Assembly (NCBI GenBank): GCA_964016885.1
Contig: OZ024757.1
Span: 6,386,001 to 6,450,000, forward strand
DNA from: Eledone cirrhosa
Lineage: Eukaryota
Length of the DNA stretch: 64,000 nt
Direction of reading: 5' to 3'
The position numbers and the translations under genes were made by a program. The notes under the pieces are model-generated. The model did no database searches, was not told the DNA's origin, and saw only the letters and a program-made list of their open reading frames with translations. Positions within the stretch are counted from its first letter, which is position 1, and every line of letters begins with the position of its first letter. Shown piece after piece: positions 1-14,364 of this stretch.

Positions 1-985
1 GTATAATATATATATATATAGTGTATATATACTGTATAATATATACAATGTATATATACTGTATAATATATATAGTGTATATATACTGTATAATATATAT
101 AGTGTATATATATGTTGTGACGTCACAGGTGCCAAGCTGTATCGGCCATAACCTTTCTCTTGGACAACATATATAGTGTATATATAGATACTGTACACAG
201 TGTATAATATGTATACAGTATATATGCAGTATATATATACAGTATATATGTTGTGATGTTATTAGTGCCAAGCTGTATCAGCCATTACCTTTCTCTTGGA
301 CATATATATAGTGTATAGATACTGTACACAGTGTATATATTATATGTATGGTTTATATATACTATACATAGTGTATATATAGTATATATATATAGTGTGT
401 ATATATTGTACATAGTGTATATATACAGTATATATGCTGTGAAAGCACTGGTGCCAAGCTGTATCAGTCATTACCTTTCCCTTGGACAACATCATATATA
501 GTGTATAATATATAGTGTACACTGTATATATAATATATATATAGTGTATATATATGTTGTGATGTCACTAGTACCAAGCTGTATCAGTCATTACCTTTCC
601 CTTGGACAACATCATATATAGTGTATAATATATAGTGTACACAGTGTATATATATAATATATATATAGTGTATATATATGTTGTGATGTCACTAGTACCA
701 AGCTGTATCAGTCATTACCTTTCCCTTGGACAACATCATATATAGTGTATAATATATAGTGTACACAGTGTATATATATAATATATATATAGTGTATATA
801 TATGTTGTGATGTCACTAGTACCAAGCTGTATCAGTCATTACCTTTCCCTTGGACAACATCATATATAGTGTATAATATATAGTGTACACAGTGTATATA
901 TATAATATATATATAGTGTATATATATGTTGTGATGTCACTAGTACCAAGCTGTATCAGTCATTACCTTTCCCTTGGACAACATC
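1..985 (+). repeat. SINE-derived minisatellite: ~55-bp constant core plus TA-rich spacer
   Basis: Core gttgtgatgtcactagtaccaagctgtatcagtcattacctttcccttggacaacat recurs at about 120-190 bp spacing, separated by (TA)n/gtgta low-complexity spacers. The same core occurs in reverse at 28-31, 42-43, 46, 49 and 61 kb. Confidence 0.9.
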
Positions 986-1053
986 GGTGGCGTGGAGTGA
1001 GAGACTGGTATAAATGGGTGACTGCTGGTCTTCCTCAAACAACTGTACTTATC

Positions 1054-1445
1054 GTCTTACTCCATATCTTCCATCAATTGTGTGAGGTCAGCTTCTATCA
1101 CTTCATCCCAGGTCTTCCTACTCCATATCTTCCATCAATTGTCTGAGGTCAGCTTCTATCACCTCATCCCATGTCTTCCTACTCCATATCTTCCATCAGT
1201 TGTATGAGGTCAGCTTCTATCACCTCATCCCAGGTCTTTCTACACAATATCTTCCATCAATTGTGTGAGGTCAGCTTTTATCACCTCATCCCAGGTCTTT
1301 CTACTCCATATCTTCCATCAATTGTGTGAGGTCAGCTTCTATCACCTCATCCCAGGTCTTCCTACTCCACAGCTTCCATCAATTGTGTGAGGTCAGCTTT
1401 TATCACCTCATCCCAGGTCTTCCTACTTCACAGCTTCCATCAATT
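1054..1445. repeat. 61-bp tandem repeat (~6 copies) derived from an RTE ORF 3' end
   Basis: tccatatctt recurs at 1061 and 1122. The reverse strand reads RKTWDEVIEADLTQL, matching RKTWDELINSDLTHL of the RTE ORFs in this window. Confidence 0.85.
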
Positions 1446-1947
1446 TTATAAAATGCTTGAAAATGACTTAGAAAAATGTTTCATCAAAGTCAAAATTTAA
1501 TCCCAAAGAGAGGAAATTGGAACATTATCCACTGAAAGTTGCTTAACCCTCTAACATTTAAACTAGCCATAACTGGCCATAATTTTGTCCCCTTTTTCAT
1601 TTTAAACCAGCTGTAATTGACCACTCAGTCTGATGTTAAGGTATTGTTCTCAATATAAATAATATCAAAATCTCATAGATTCGATATTATGTGACATATG
1701 TGAGGTAATGTCTTTACCATGGAAATATAATAGTATATATGTAGTAATGTAAATACTAAAGAAAGGACTTTTAGGTGCCAAAATATTGGACAAATAAAAG
1801 AACAACAACAAAAACATAGCAAAGATTACCAGGTAATTTTTACTTCCCTCATCTTACAGTCCATTTTGCATTGTTTAGCCTTCTATCTCTTTCAACGTTA
1901 CATATTATATAGAATGCTTGAAGTAAACTACAACATTTTATTATATA

Positions 1948-2400
1948 TCATCATCATCAATTAACGTCCATCTTCCACGCTAGCATGGGTTAGACGGGTC
2001 CCATTTAGAGGCAATTTGGGTCAGGTGACTGTGTCTCACTCATATAGGGGTGTTTCTGGCTAGCTTTCTATGGCAGGATGCCCTTCCTAATGCCAACCAC
2101 ATTGACAGTGTGGACTGGGTGCATTTCCCAAGACACCTACATGTCCACTTTACAGTGTGGGCTGGGTGCTTTTTGCTCTGTCTTTTACACGTCCAATGTG
2201 GATGGGAGATATATATATGTCTGTGTCATCTCCATTTAACGTCCATTTTTCCATTCTGGCATGGGTTAGACGGGTCATCCACGCCAGGAGGCAAGTCTGG
2301 CCAGTGTTGGCCATGTGTCACACCTTGCTCAGGTGAGGTCTGTATATTTTGTTGGGTATTTTACAGCTGGATTCCCTTCCTAACACCAACCATGTTTAGG
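1948..2400 (-). mobile_element. two RTE-type 3' tail fragments (SINE or LINE remnants)
   Basis: (cat)n-aacgtcc...gcatgggttagacggg...ggatgcccttcctaa.accaacc motifs, as in the RTE 3' UTR at 21940-22340. Confidence 0.7.
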
Positions 2401-2810
2401 TGTGGAACTGGATGGCTCTGTTATGAGGAGGGACAGGCTAGTTGGCTGCACTGAACCCATCTCACGGTGGAACTATCATTTTAGGGCCTGGTACTGGATG
2501 GCACCACTATGAGGAGGGGTGGCCAGTCAGCTGCACCAAACCCATCTCACAAGGTTACCATAGTTTTGGGGCCTGGTACTGGATGGTACGGATACGAGAA
2601 GGGTTGGCCAGTTGGCTGCGCCACTATGGGGAGGGTAGCCAGTCGGCGGAGCAACACACATCTCACAAGGTTACCATAGTTTTGGTGCCTGGTACGGGGT
2701 GGCACCACTATGTGGAGGGGTAGCTGGTCGGCTGAGCAAAACCCATCTCACAAGGTTACCACAGTTTTGGGGCCCTGTACTAGATGACACCACTATAGTG
2801 ATGGTGCAGC
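2400..2810. repeat. ~85-bp degenerate tandem repeat (~4-5 copies)
   Basis: Recurring ggtactggatggcaccactatg...cccatctcacaaggttaccatagttttgg. Confidence 0.75.
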
Positions 2811-2885
2811 TGTAGTTTGACATATATATAGCCTTGGTTTATATAAATAAACATCACACAGGTATATTTCTACAGTTTACCAATG

Positions 2886-3020
2886 TACCGTATTTACTGG
2901 CGCCGAAGACGACTAATTTTAGAAGAAAAATAATAAACAACCTTCGGCCTCCAGGACGTATGGTAGATTTTTGAGACTTATATTAGAGAAAAAGTAATGT
3001 CTTCGACGCAGGGAAACGTG
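2886..3020. mobile_element. small degenerate Tc1/mariner-pogo-like MITE
   Basis: taccgtatttactggcgccgaagac ... gtcttcgacgcagggaaacg forms an imperfect terminal inverted repeat. Confidence 0.4.
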
Positions 3021-3310
3021 CTAAACATGTAATATTTCCACTGTTAAATCTATCACTGTATTTTAAGTATTCTCTATTATCTCATACTGTTTCTTATAAG
3101 TCCTATAAGAATGCATTTTTTGCTAAACTGCCATAGAGCAGACCTCTGAAGCGGTAGAAGGATATAATTTACAGAGCATGCTGGAATACCACTGCTTACA
3201 TTGGAGAGAATTACTCTGGACAGGAAAGTTGATATCTACAGTTTACCAATATAGAAATATAAAATTTCCACTGTTAAATCTATCTCTGCTTCTAAAGTAT
3301 TCTGTTTTAT

Positions 3311-3336
3311 CTCATACTGTTTCTTTCTTATTTCAG
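3311..3336 (+). promoter_or_regulatory. splice acceptor of the ZNF1 coding exon
   Basis: Polypyrimidine tract tgtttctttcttatttcAG, ~340 nt before the ATG. The same sequence precedes all four ZNF paralogues. Confidence 0.7.
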
Positions 3337-3632
3337 AATATCAGATGACATTGGGATAAATTATTATTTTCAATCTTGGATACATCACCTATATTTATCA
3401 TCATTTGAAGACTAAAACTTTTTTAACAGAACTTATATAACACTGTTTATATAAATCTCTCGTATTACTGCGAAATATTTCCTCAAAACTGAGTTTATTT
3501 TCTTCACTATGAGATGGTTTTGTATTTTAACTAAACTTGGATAAAACATAAGTTTGTGTTATCTTCAGATATTAACTGAAATTACAGTTGAGGGAAATAT
3601 AGAAGATATATTTTATAAGAAATATAATATAA

Positions 3633-4865
<1,233 letters not shown>

Positions 4866-5290
4866 CGCATTGACATCAGTGATAAATCATTCTCTCAAAT
4901 TTGTGAATTAATGAGAATACAAATACATATCATTGTAACATCTTAGGGAAATCATTCTCTTTGAATGTTACATTAACTACACAACACACACATATACATA
5001 CAGCTGGGAAGCCATATCACTTTGATATATTTGGTACACCATTCTCTAAATGTTGTGGCTTCACTAGACACCAACATATACATACAGGAGAGGAACCATA
5101 TCACTGTGATAAATCCTTCTCTAAATGTTGTGGTTTAATTAGACACTAACATATACAGGAGAGGAACTATATCACTGATGTCTGTGGTAAATCATTCTCT
5201 TATAAAGATTACTTCATGCAACACAATTAGATAAAAACCATGTCACTCACCTAAAATAGTGCCACCAATGTTGTTAATATTTTGAATAAA
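4866..5290 (+). other. ZNF1 3' UTR made of degenerate fingers, ending at AATAAA (5285-5290)
   Basis: Broken finger motifs (HTAGKPYHFDIFG, SKCCGFTRH). AATAAA is at the homologous position in all four paralogues (also 18947-18952, 39246-39251, 56679-56684 on -). Confidence 0.7.
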
Positions 5291-5324
5291 CCTGTTTTAC
5301 TAAGAAATTCTTCTCCTTTCATTT

Positions 5325-5690
5325 TATGTCCGTACAAACACAGTCTTCTCTCTTACACACCACTTCAGCTCACTCTTAAACCCAGCTTTTCTTGAACTTG
5401 TCCAAGCTCTCCCTTTCTCTCACACTTACACAACATATCCTACAAAGCATGGTTGTTTCATTTCTCTCCAGTCTACATATCCTCTGCAGTCACCGCCCTT
5501 ATTTCGTTACCATGCATCATTGCATATCACCCACATGTGTCATACAGTTGTCCTTTTTTACAGAGAGAGAGAAACCTTTTGTTGTCAACAGTTGCAGTAG
5601 CTCGTAAACTTTTTCCATCCTATCCTAATTCTAGCTATACATCTTTCAGAGCAGCTTCCTCCACTGCTAATTAACTCACCTACATTGCAA
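5325..5690 (-). mobile_element. old RTE LINE fragment (post-RT region)
   Basis: Reverse-complement homologue of 38390-39020 and 55820-56450. Degenerate SRIRIGWKKF and MMHG motifs. Confidence 0.7.
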
Positions 5691-5859
5691 AATATATTTG
5701 TCAGCATACTTAATGAAGGGTCTGTTTGGAAGTGCCTCCCCTAGTAAACAGTGGTGCCATAACTCAGAAACCAATGGTCACACATACATGGTAAGTTAGC
5801 TAAGAACATAGGTTTTACATTGGTTCACTGTGCTGGAGAAGTAAGCAGCAATCACGTTT

Positions 5860-6460
5860 AGGAGACAAGCTCTATCAAATATTTAAAGGGTTCCATAGAA
5901 GCAGTTGACAGTTTCTGTTACCTGGGGTATCAAATAAGCAGTGGAGGTAGGTGTTCTGAAAGTACAGTAACAAGAGTAAGAACAAGATGGCAGAGGTTTA
6001 GGGTGTTACTACTGCTGCAAGCTACAAAAGGTTGTTTCATCAATTTGATGTGTGCATATGAACAGCAATGCTGCATTGCAGTGAGGACCTCAGAAGATTG
6101 GATAGAAATGAAGCTTGAATTCTCCAATGGTTGTGTAATATTAATATACATGAAGGGGAAAGTGTAAATAAACTGAGAGAGAACCTGGGCATGAGAGGGA
6201 TAAGATACAGTATGCAGGAGTGTAGATTGCTGTGGTATGGACATGTGATGTGTATGAAGGTAGAGATGCTGTATAAAAGGTTGACTGCTTGAAATTGATG
6301 GAAGAGGAAGACCTATGAATGCTTGGGATGAGGAGTTAAAAACTGACCTGACACCATTGTACCTCTCAAAGATGATGACACAGGATTGAAATCTCTGGCA
6401 TTATACAGTACTGCAGGAGACCTGCATTCCCATGTCCACGGGTTGACACAACATTTAGTG
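5860..6460 (+). mobile_element. old RTE LINE 3' fragment
   Basis: Degenerate VDSFCYLGYQISSGGRCSESTVTRVRTRW ... LLWYGHVM. Inverted homologue of 54650-55260. Confidence 0.75.
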
Positions 6461-7642
6461 GTTTGAAGTATGCTCCAATTTTCCTCCCCTTCACATCTTA
6501 ACACTCCACCCCCTTACCAGCTAAGTACATCACCCTGACCTACCTCTCCAATCCCCACCCTACATACACACAACCCCACCCCCACTTTCACATCTGATAC
6601 ACCTCTTTTGACCAACCCATGTATACAAGTAAGGAAAGCTTAACATGCTCTCCTCCAATGCTGCTTAAATGGCTAAAAGCCCTCAGAAACTCCTGTAAGG
6701 TGGTCGTGCAGGTGTCATGCAAAAGAACACAGTCCTCTCTGTTAGGTAATATGACAAAAGAGCACCTAACCCTCCCTGCAAGGTAGTCATGCTGGTGACA
6801 TGACAAATAAGCACCCAGTCTACCCTGTGAGGTAGACATGACAGAAGGCCCCTAGCCCACTCTGTAAAGTAGTCAAGCTAGTGGCAAGACTAAAGGGACC
6901 CAAAGCACCCTTCAAAGTGGTCAAATTGGTGACATGACTTGACACCATTTTTTATTTTACTTCTAAACTATCTCATATATTTAAAAATTACTTATTTATT
7001 TCTTTTAAAAATTACTTTTTAAAGATTATTTAAAATTTTTAAATATTTTTGAACATTTTAAATAGTTTAAGTACATTTAAGTAATTTATTTTGTTAAAAG
7101 GGTTTTTTGAGTATCTTCAGAGATTTAAAAAAAATTTTATTTATTTTTTCCAGAACTTTTAATATTTTAATATTTTTAAATATTTTTTTATTATTTAATA
7201 TTAGAGTTATAACCAATAACTAATTCTGGCTAAATATATCTTTCAACATTTATATCTTTGTCAAAATGGTCTCATACTAACTAATAAATAAACAAAACTG
7301 GGTTTTTCAGTAGCTTTCTAATTTAAAACATTAAAAACATATAAATAATCTTATTAACTCAGTTAATTTAATTACTTACACTAAATATAAACCAGTATCC
7401 CTCATAACTTATTAAAACAATTATCTATAACAGGATATACCCATTTATCCACTCATATATCTATTCTTCTATCTATATATTTCTATCATTTGATTCTCCT
7501 ATTTTCTACTTTATATCTATTTATTTTCAATTTATTTTTCAATGTCTTTATATATATTTATTTTTTCTATATATTTATAATAGTAAATATTATATTGTAT
7601 TATATTAGAATTCTAACAATAATTAGTAAATATACGTAACAT

Positions 7643-7982
7643 CATCATCATCATTTCATTTTACGTCCGCTTTTTCCCTGCTTGCAAGGGTGGGACGGGA
7701 ACTAATGCTGGCTTGATTTCTACAGCTGGATGCCCTTCCTAACACCAACCTCATTTACAGTGAGTGCTGGGTGCTTTTTTTGCCGTGGCACCTACACGAC
7801 CACTTTGCAGTGGAATGATATGGACCCCAGTCCCTATCATCTCATTTCTACAGCTGAGTAAACTGGAGCAATGTGAAATAAAGTGTCTTGCTCAAGGAAA
7901 CAACACATCACCCGGTCTGAGAATTGAACTCACAACCTTTCGATTGCAAGGCCAATGCTCTAACCACTAGGTCATGTGCCTC
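7643..7982 (-). mobile_element. composite SINE: tRNA-like head, CORE-like body and RTE-type tail with (GAT)n
   Basis: On -: A box tgacctagtgg, B box gagttcaattc, ccttgagcaagacactttatttcac body, then an RTE-like tail. Flanked by 8-bp TSD cgtaacat (7635-7642, 7983-7990). Confidence 0.85.
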
Positions 7983-8340
7983 CGTAACATTAATATAAAC
8001 TTAATACTTATTTACATTACATGAGTTCATCCTCTATAAATGTCTTTCTTCTCTCTATCTCATAACAGTAATTTTTTCTCTCTCTTTCTTCCCTATCTTT
8101 CCCCAGCGTAATTTAAATAAACGGTTGTTTTTTCAATTTTTCATACATTCATTTGCATATTCACACATAACTTTGAATTACCCCTAATAATATCCAGCGA
8201 ATTTCCAACCGTTAAGGTTGATTTCCATGGGTATGTCATTATTTATGAAACAAATTGTGTATTTTATCTGATGAAAGCGCACCAAGATTGGCTTGGTCGC
8301 CCTTGAAATATATATAATAAAATAAATATAGTTTGATAAA

Positions 8341-8625
8341 TCATCATCATCACCGTTTTACGTCCGTTCTTCTATGCTAACATGGGTTAGACGGGTTGTC
8401 CTGTTGTGGGCAGTGTCTGGTCGGCTGACCATGCCTTGCTCATACGGGAACTGATTTTGGCTTGATTTCTACAGCTTGATGCCCTTCCTAACACCAACCT
8501 CATTTAAAGTGAGTGCTGGGTGCTTTATTCCGTGGCGCCTACACGTCCACTTTACAGTGTGGGCTGAGTGTTTTTTTGCCATGGCACCTCCACGACCACT
8601 TTGCAGTGGGAGGGTGTGGCGGCAT
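8341..8625 (-). mobile_element. RTE-type tail fragment
   Basis: Same tail motifs and (cat)n end. Homologous to 28995-29190 and 45950-46115. Confidence 0.7.
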
Positions 8626-8791
8626 ATTGTCTATATGCTTCAGCTTGAACCCATGGGAGGTCGGGTACTCTGTATTACTGCGTGACGCCAGAGGTCACGG
8701 TCGTGTGTCATCGCCTTTGAGAGGTGTATATATATATATATATATATTTATTTTTTTTTTTCTTTTAACTTATATGTGTATATAATATATA

Positions 8792-8870
8792 TACAGGGTC
8801 TCCCAAAAAATATAAACACATTTCAACTACAGTCTATGTAAATGTGTATACATTTTTTGGGGACACTGTA
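8792..8870. mobile_element. ~80-bp Tc1/mariner-like mini-MITE
   Basis: tacagggtctcccaaaaaa ... ttttttggggacactgta. An inverted copy lies at 10613-10693. Confidence 0.6.
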
Positions 8871-9640
8871 TTATACATATCATTAAACGTATCTCCTACA
8901 TGTGTATAAATAAATATACATGTATTTTATTAACAATTTTCTGTAGAATCTGTTAAACATGGAAGAAAATGTGGAGACTAAATAAAATTAACGTGTTGGT
9001 CACATTAACTTAATAATATAACTATATATTAATGAAATATGTCTAAATAAAATATAGATTCAGTAGTTTATTATGACCAAGATTGAATATTTAATGGAAT
9101 TAAGTGGAATTTATTAGGAAATAAGACAGTAAAACAGTGAAATGTTGAGGTTAAAAGAGACAAAATGTCCTCTCTTTATAAACTTTAAGGTGGCTGAATT
9201 AGTAGCAGCTCGGCTTACTAAACTCAGCTCTCTCATCTTACAAGGGTTCGAATCTCACGTAGTTCACTATATTGTCTACAGAGTTATCTCCTACTGCTTT
9301 TATATAGTATCACTGTTTACTGTAAAGAGGGCGCTACAATAATTTACTAGTGTGAGCAGTCTGGCTTACTAACGCCAGGACTAAAGTGTTACATGGTTCC
9401 AACCGGGCTGGTTCCTTAATTTTTAAAAAGAGTTATCACCCATAGCCTTTCAGAGTTTCGTTGTTTACTCAATAGGTGACGTGGCGATCTGCTTTTATGA
9501 GGAGTAGTAAGAGACAATAATATATGGAAGGAGGAGGAGTGAGAGAGATAGAAAGACAAAACTGTGTTAATTCTCTCTCCCCCTCTCTTCTTTTACTCTA
9601 TCTACCTCTTATGTCTTCATTTCACTGTTTTATTGTCTTA

Positions 9641-10496
9641 CTAACAGAATGGCCCGGCGTTATTCGGGATTTGCTCTAGGGTTCTTATATATTTGATATA
9701 TATTTATTCTTATCGAGCCTCGTGAAATAAATACGGTTGTTTATATTTTGTTATTGTGTATGCAAAAATATCTGTACAGGAATATATAATTATATATATA
9801 TATTAAAATAACAGATTAAAGTTTAAGCAAAGAATCACTGCTTTCACACTTAACGGGATCTTCTGAAACTAAAGAAAATCAATTCTATGAACGCAGAAAA
9901 TGAATCGCTGCTTTCACACTTAACGGGATTCTTCTACCTAAAAGCAGTATGAAGTACACTAAGACTAACTGATGTAATCGTTGGCCTTGTTTGTTTATAT
10001 TTTCTTTTTGTGTATGCAACAATATCTGTACACGAATATCTATATTAAAATAATATATTAATGTTTAAGCAAAGAATCGCTGCTTTCAACCTTAACGGGA
10101 TCTTCTGAAACTTAAAAAATCAATCTGGAAAACAGGAAGACGATACTTTGGTTCGTGAAGACGTTCCCTAGCATAAGAATATATATATATATACACACAC
10201 ACACACATACATATATACACACACACACTGATCGCGTCATAATGACGTAATGCAGACAGTCAGGCATACAGACAGATAGCATGAAGGCATGATGTCATAT
10301 CTATGTATCTATCTAAAAAGAGAAAGACTAAGAGAAAGAGATTGCCAAATGCGGTGCCTAGGGCATTGAAAATTTGAAATTGTCTTTGCTCAAAACACTT
10401 CCGGGGCCATACGGGTTACATGTGTAAAGTTTGAAAAAAACAGTTGGGTACTTCGAGTTTTAGGGAAACAGACACCCTCTGTTTTATGTATATAGA
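9641..10496 (-). mobile_element. non-autonomous Helitron
   Basis: On -: starts A|TCtatatac, has 3' hairpin cccgaataacgccggg and ends TTAG|T, with no TSD. Removing it restores the inverted repeat of 9071-9144 (tgtctta|tttcctaat). Confidence 0.75.
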
Positions 10497-10612
10497 TTTC
10501 CTAATTCCACTTAATTCCATTAAATATTCAATCTTGGTCGAAATAAATATTTTCATCTGTGACGATCTGTACAACCAATAATAGTAGGAGTCACGTTACA
10601 TGATATGTATAT

Positions 10613-10693
10613 ATACAGGGTGTCCCTAAAATATGTATACACATTTACATAGACTGTAGTTGAAGTGTGTATACATTTTTAGAGGAGACTTGT
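10613..10693. mobile_element. ~80-bp mini-MITE, inverted copy of 8792-8870
   Basis: tacagggtgtccctaaaa...acatttacatagactgtagttgaa is the reverse complement of the 8.8-kb copy. Confidence 0.6.
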
Positions 10694-11524
10694 ATATATT
10701 TTATATATACATATATATATTGAAAAATGATTGATATATAAATATAAACATATATATATATATACACTCATATGTATGTTTATAAATTTATAAATATACA
10801 TATATATATATATATATATACTCTTACGTGCATACATCTGAAAATGTATATATGCATGTAAACATACATGTATACATATAGATGGACAGTTATACATATA
10901 CAATAACTTATTTCTATACATATACCACAAGTAAGGCATGGTGTTGCCAACTAATCAGAGCTCCCTCATAATGGACCAGCTAGATCCCAAAATACAGGCC
11001 TGCTAGCCAACACACAGTCCCAATAAGTGTAAGTTACAGCGCAGCTATCTGGACAGACTTGTCTTAAGACTACTCATTATACCACTACATCTTTTGTATA
11101 CTATATATATACTTATATATATATATATACTGTTTATATATATATATATACACATATAATTGTGTATCCACACATTATCCTAGTAATGAAATAATTAATA
11201 ATTTTAGTAAATTGTTCAAAATTCTTCATTAATCCTTTTGGTAGAAACCCAGCCAAAACTGGTTCTCGTTCTATGGAAATGGTTCCTATCTAAATTAAAG
11301 TCTTCCAACGAAATTCTATATAACAACCATATGTTAAGTTACTATGTTAGTAATTAACTAACAATTGTGATAAATAGCTCATAATTAGTCATAATTAATT
11401 GAAATACGAGGTTCATAATTATAATAAAATCTTCGAATAGGCTACGAAGCCGGTAAACCTGAAAGGTACGCAACACACACATCGCTATAGCGTTTCACCA
11501 GCCAATTCATTCCTCAATCATTAC

Positions 11525-12085
11525 ATAGATGTGTGTGTATGTAATAATTATTTTGTATTGTGTCTATTTATGACTATGTATGAGTAGATGTGTGGGTGTG
11601 TGTAACACAGTAGATGTGTGTGTATATAACTCATTAGATGTGTGTGTGTGTAACATAGTAGATGTGTGTGTATGTAACATAGATGTGTGTGTATGTAACC
11701 CAGTAGATGTGTGTGTATGTAACCCAGTAGATGTGTGTGTATGTAACTCAGTAGATGTGTGTATATGTAACACAGATGTGTGTAGGTATCACAGTAGATG
11801 TGTATATGTAACACAGTAGATGTGTGTGTGTAACACAGTAGAAGTGTGTATGTAACACAGTAGATATGTGTGTGTAACACAGTAGAAGTGTGTATGTAAC
11901 ACAGTAGATGTATATATAACACAGTAGATGTGTGTGTGTATGTAACTCAGTAGATATGTGTGTATAACACAGTAGAAGTGTGTGTGTATATATAACACAG
12001 TAGTTGTGTGTGTATGTAACACAGTAGATGTCTAAGTAACACAGTAGATGTCTGTGTATATAACACAGTAGATGTGTATGTAAGT
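11525..12085. repeat. ~22-bp minisatellite (gtgtgtatgtaacacagtagat)n
   Basis: Directly visible tandem array. Confidence 0.9.
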
Positions 12086-12621
12086 AAAGTGTAACGTACT
12101 TTACGAATGGACAACAAAATGACTTTAACTTGTTTTTTTAACAATTGATGGTGGAAAAGATTTTAAATTGTTTCAACTCAGACCATAAAGGGCCGCAACA
12201 CATGGAGTCTGATACTCTTACCGGCTACATAGCGTGGGAGTCTATTTTACCAGGACCGGCTACATAGCTTCTTCCTAACATCTTCCAACATAATTTTATA
12301 CAAGAACCACATGTTAAGTTACTAATAAAATAATTAATAATTAAAAACTTTAGTAAATCCTTCCAATGATATCTCAGTAATGAAATAATTAATAATTGTT
12401 ATAAATACCTCAAAATTCCTCATTAATTAAACCCAAGACAGGTAAAAACTCCAGAGTCTTTCAGTCGGACATGAAACAAATTAATTTCTAATGGAAGAAG
12501 TAAAGATGTTAAAGTCAGCCAAGGGAGATTACTCTCAGCGACTTATTGTAATTCTTGTTCGTGAATTAATCCTGATTAAATTATTCTGGTGTATTTTGTG
12601 TGGAGGAAACCGGGTTTACGC

Positions 12622-12840
12622 GGTGATAGCGAGTAATTCCCGAACGTATGGTTCGTGAGTTCGAATCCCAGACCGGGCGGTCTGTACGTTGGGGCCTTGA
12701 ACAAGACACTTTATTTCTCAATGTTTCATTTCACCCAGCTGGCAAAAATAATAAGTTGTACCAGTAATTATAGGGGTGTTGTTACATAGAATTGTCACAC
12801 TGAATCTCCCTGAGAATAATGTCAACGGAACACGTGTCAA
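12622..12840 (+). mobile_element. tRNA/CORE-type SINE, degenerate
   Basis: B box gagttcgaatccc followed by ccttgaacaagacactttatttctc...cacccagctg. Confidence 0.7.
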
Positions 12841-12947
12841 TAAAATAACCAGGCATATTATAATATAAGATGGGTTCTATATGTATTTAAATAGGAGGCC
12901 ATGTCACAAGTTTTGTCTTGCTCAATCTCCCTGAGAACTACGTATAT

Positions 12948-14360
12948 ACTAGTGACTATCAGACACAGTATATCTAGGACTACATTATCTAATGTACAGT
13001 ACAGTAGTGAGTATTAGTGACTATCAGACAGTGTATCTTGGACTACATTATCTTATGTACAGTATAGTAGTTAGTATTAATGGCTATCAGACATGGTCTA
13101 TCTAGGACTACATTATCTAATGTACAATATAGTAGTTAGTATTAGTAGCTATCAGACATAGTATATCTAGGACTACATGATCTAATGTACTGTATAGTAG
13201 TTAGTATTAGTAGGTATCAGACATAGTATATCTAGGACTACATTATCTAATGTACAGTACAGTAGTTAGTATTATTTGCCATCAGATATATTGTATCTAG
13301 GACTACATTATCTAATGTACAGTACAGTAGTTAGTATTAGTGGCTATCAGACATAGTGTATCTAGGACTACATTATCTAATGTACAGTACTGTAGTTAGT
13401 ATTAGTGACTATCCGATATAGTATATCTAGGACTACATTAACTAATGTACAGTATAGTAGTTAGTATAGGTGGCTATCAAACATAGTATATCTAGGATTA
13501 TATTATCTAATGTACAGTAGTTAGTATTAGTGGCTATCAGACATAGTGTATCTAGGACTACATTATCTAATGTACAGTATAGTAGTTAGTATAGGTGGCT
13601 ATCAAACATAGTATATCTAGGATTATATTATCTAATGTACAGTAGTTAGTATTAGTGGCTATCAGACATAGTGTATCTAGGACTACATTATCTAATTTAC
13701 AGTATAGTAGTTAGTGTTCGTGGCTGTCAGACATAGTATATCTAGGACTACATTATCTAATGTACAGTAGTTAGTATTAGTGGCTATCAGACATAGTGTA
13801 TCAAGGACTACATTATCTAATGTACATTATAATGGTTGGTATTAGTGGCTATCAGACATAGTGTATCTGGGACTACATTATCTAATGTACAGTAGTTAGT
13901 ATTACTGGCTATCAAATATAGTGTGTAGGAGTACATTATCTAATGTAAAGTACATTAGTTAGTATTAGTAGCTATCAGACATAGTATATCTAGGACTACA
14001 TTATCTAATGTACAGTACAGTAGTTAGTATTAGTGGCTATCAGACATAGTATATCTAGGACTACATTATCTAATGTACAGTACAGTAGTGAGTAATAGTG
14101 ACTATCAGACAGTGTATCTTGGACTATATTATCTTATGTACTGTATAGAAGTTAGTATTAGTGGCTATCAGACATAGTGTATCAAGGACTATATTATCCA
14201 ATGTACAGTATAGTATTTAGTGTTAGTGGCTATCAGACATAGTATATCTAGGACTACATTATCCAATGTACAGTATAGTAGTTAGTATTAGTGGCTATCA
14301 GACATAGTGTATCAAGGACTGCATTATCTAATGTACAGTATAGTATTTAGTATTAGTGGT
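12948..14360. repeat. 65-bp tandem satellite (~22 copies, some 60-bp variants)
   Basis: Unit tagtggctatcagacatagtatatctaggactacattatctaatgtacagtacagtagttagtat. The period is seen at 13141 and 13206. Confidence 0.92.
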
Positions 14361-14364
14361 AAAG

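Noticed and set aside
6950-7620. Very AT-rich tract as a possible mitochondrial insertion
   Set aside because: No recognisable mitochondrial gene, tRNA or rRNA motif by eye. A BLAST against cephalopod mitogenomes would settle it.
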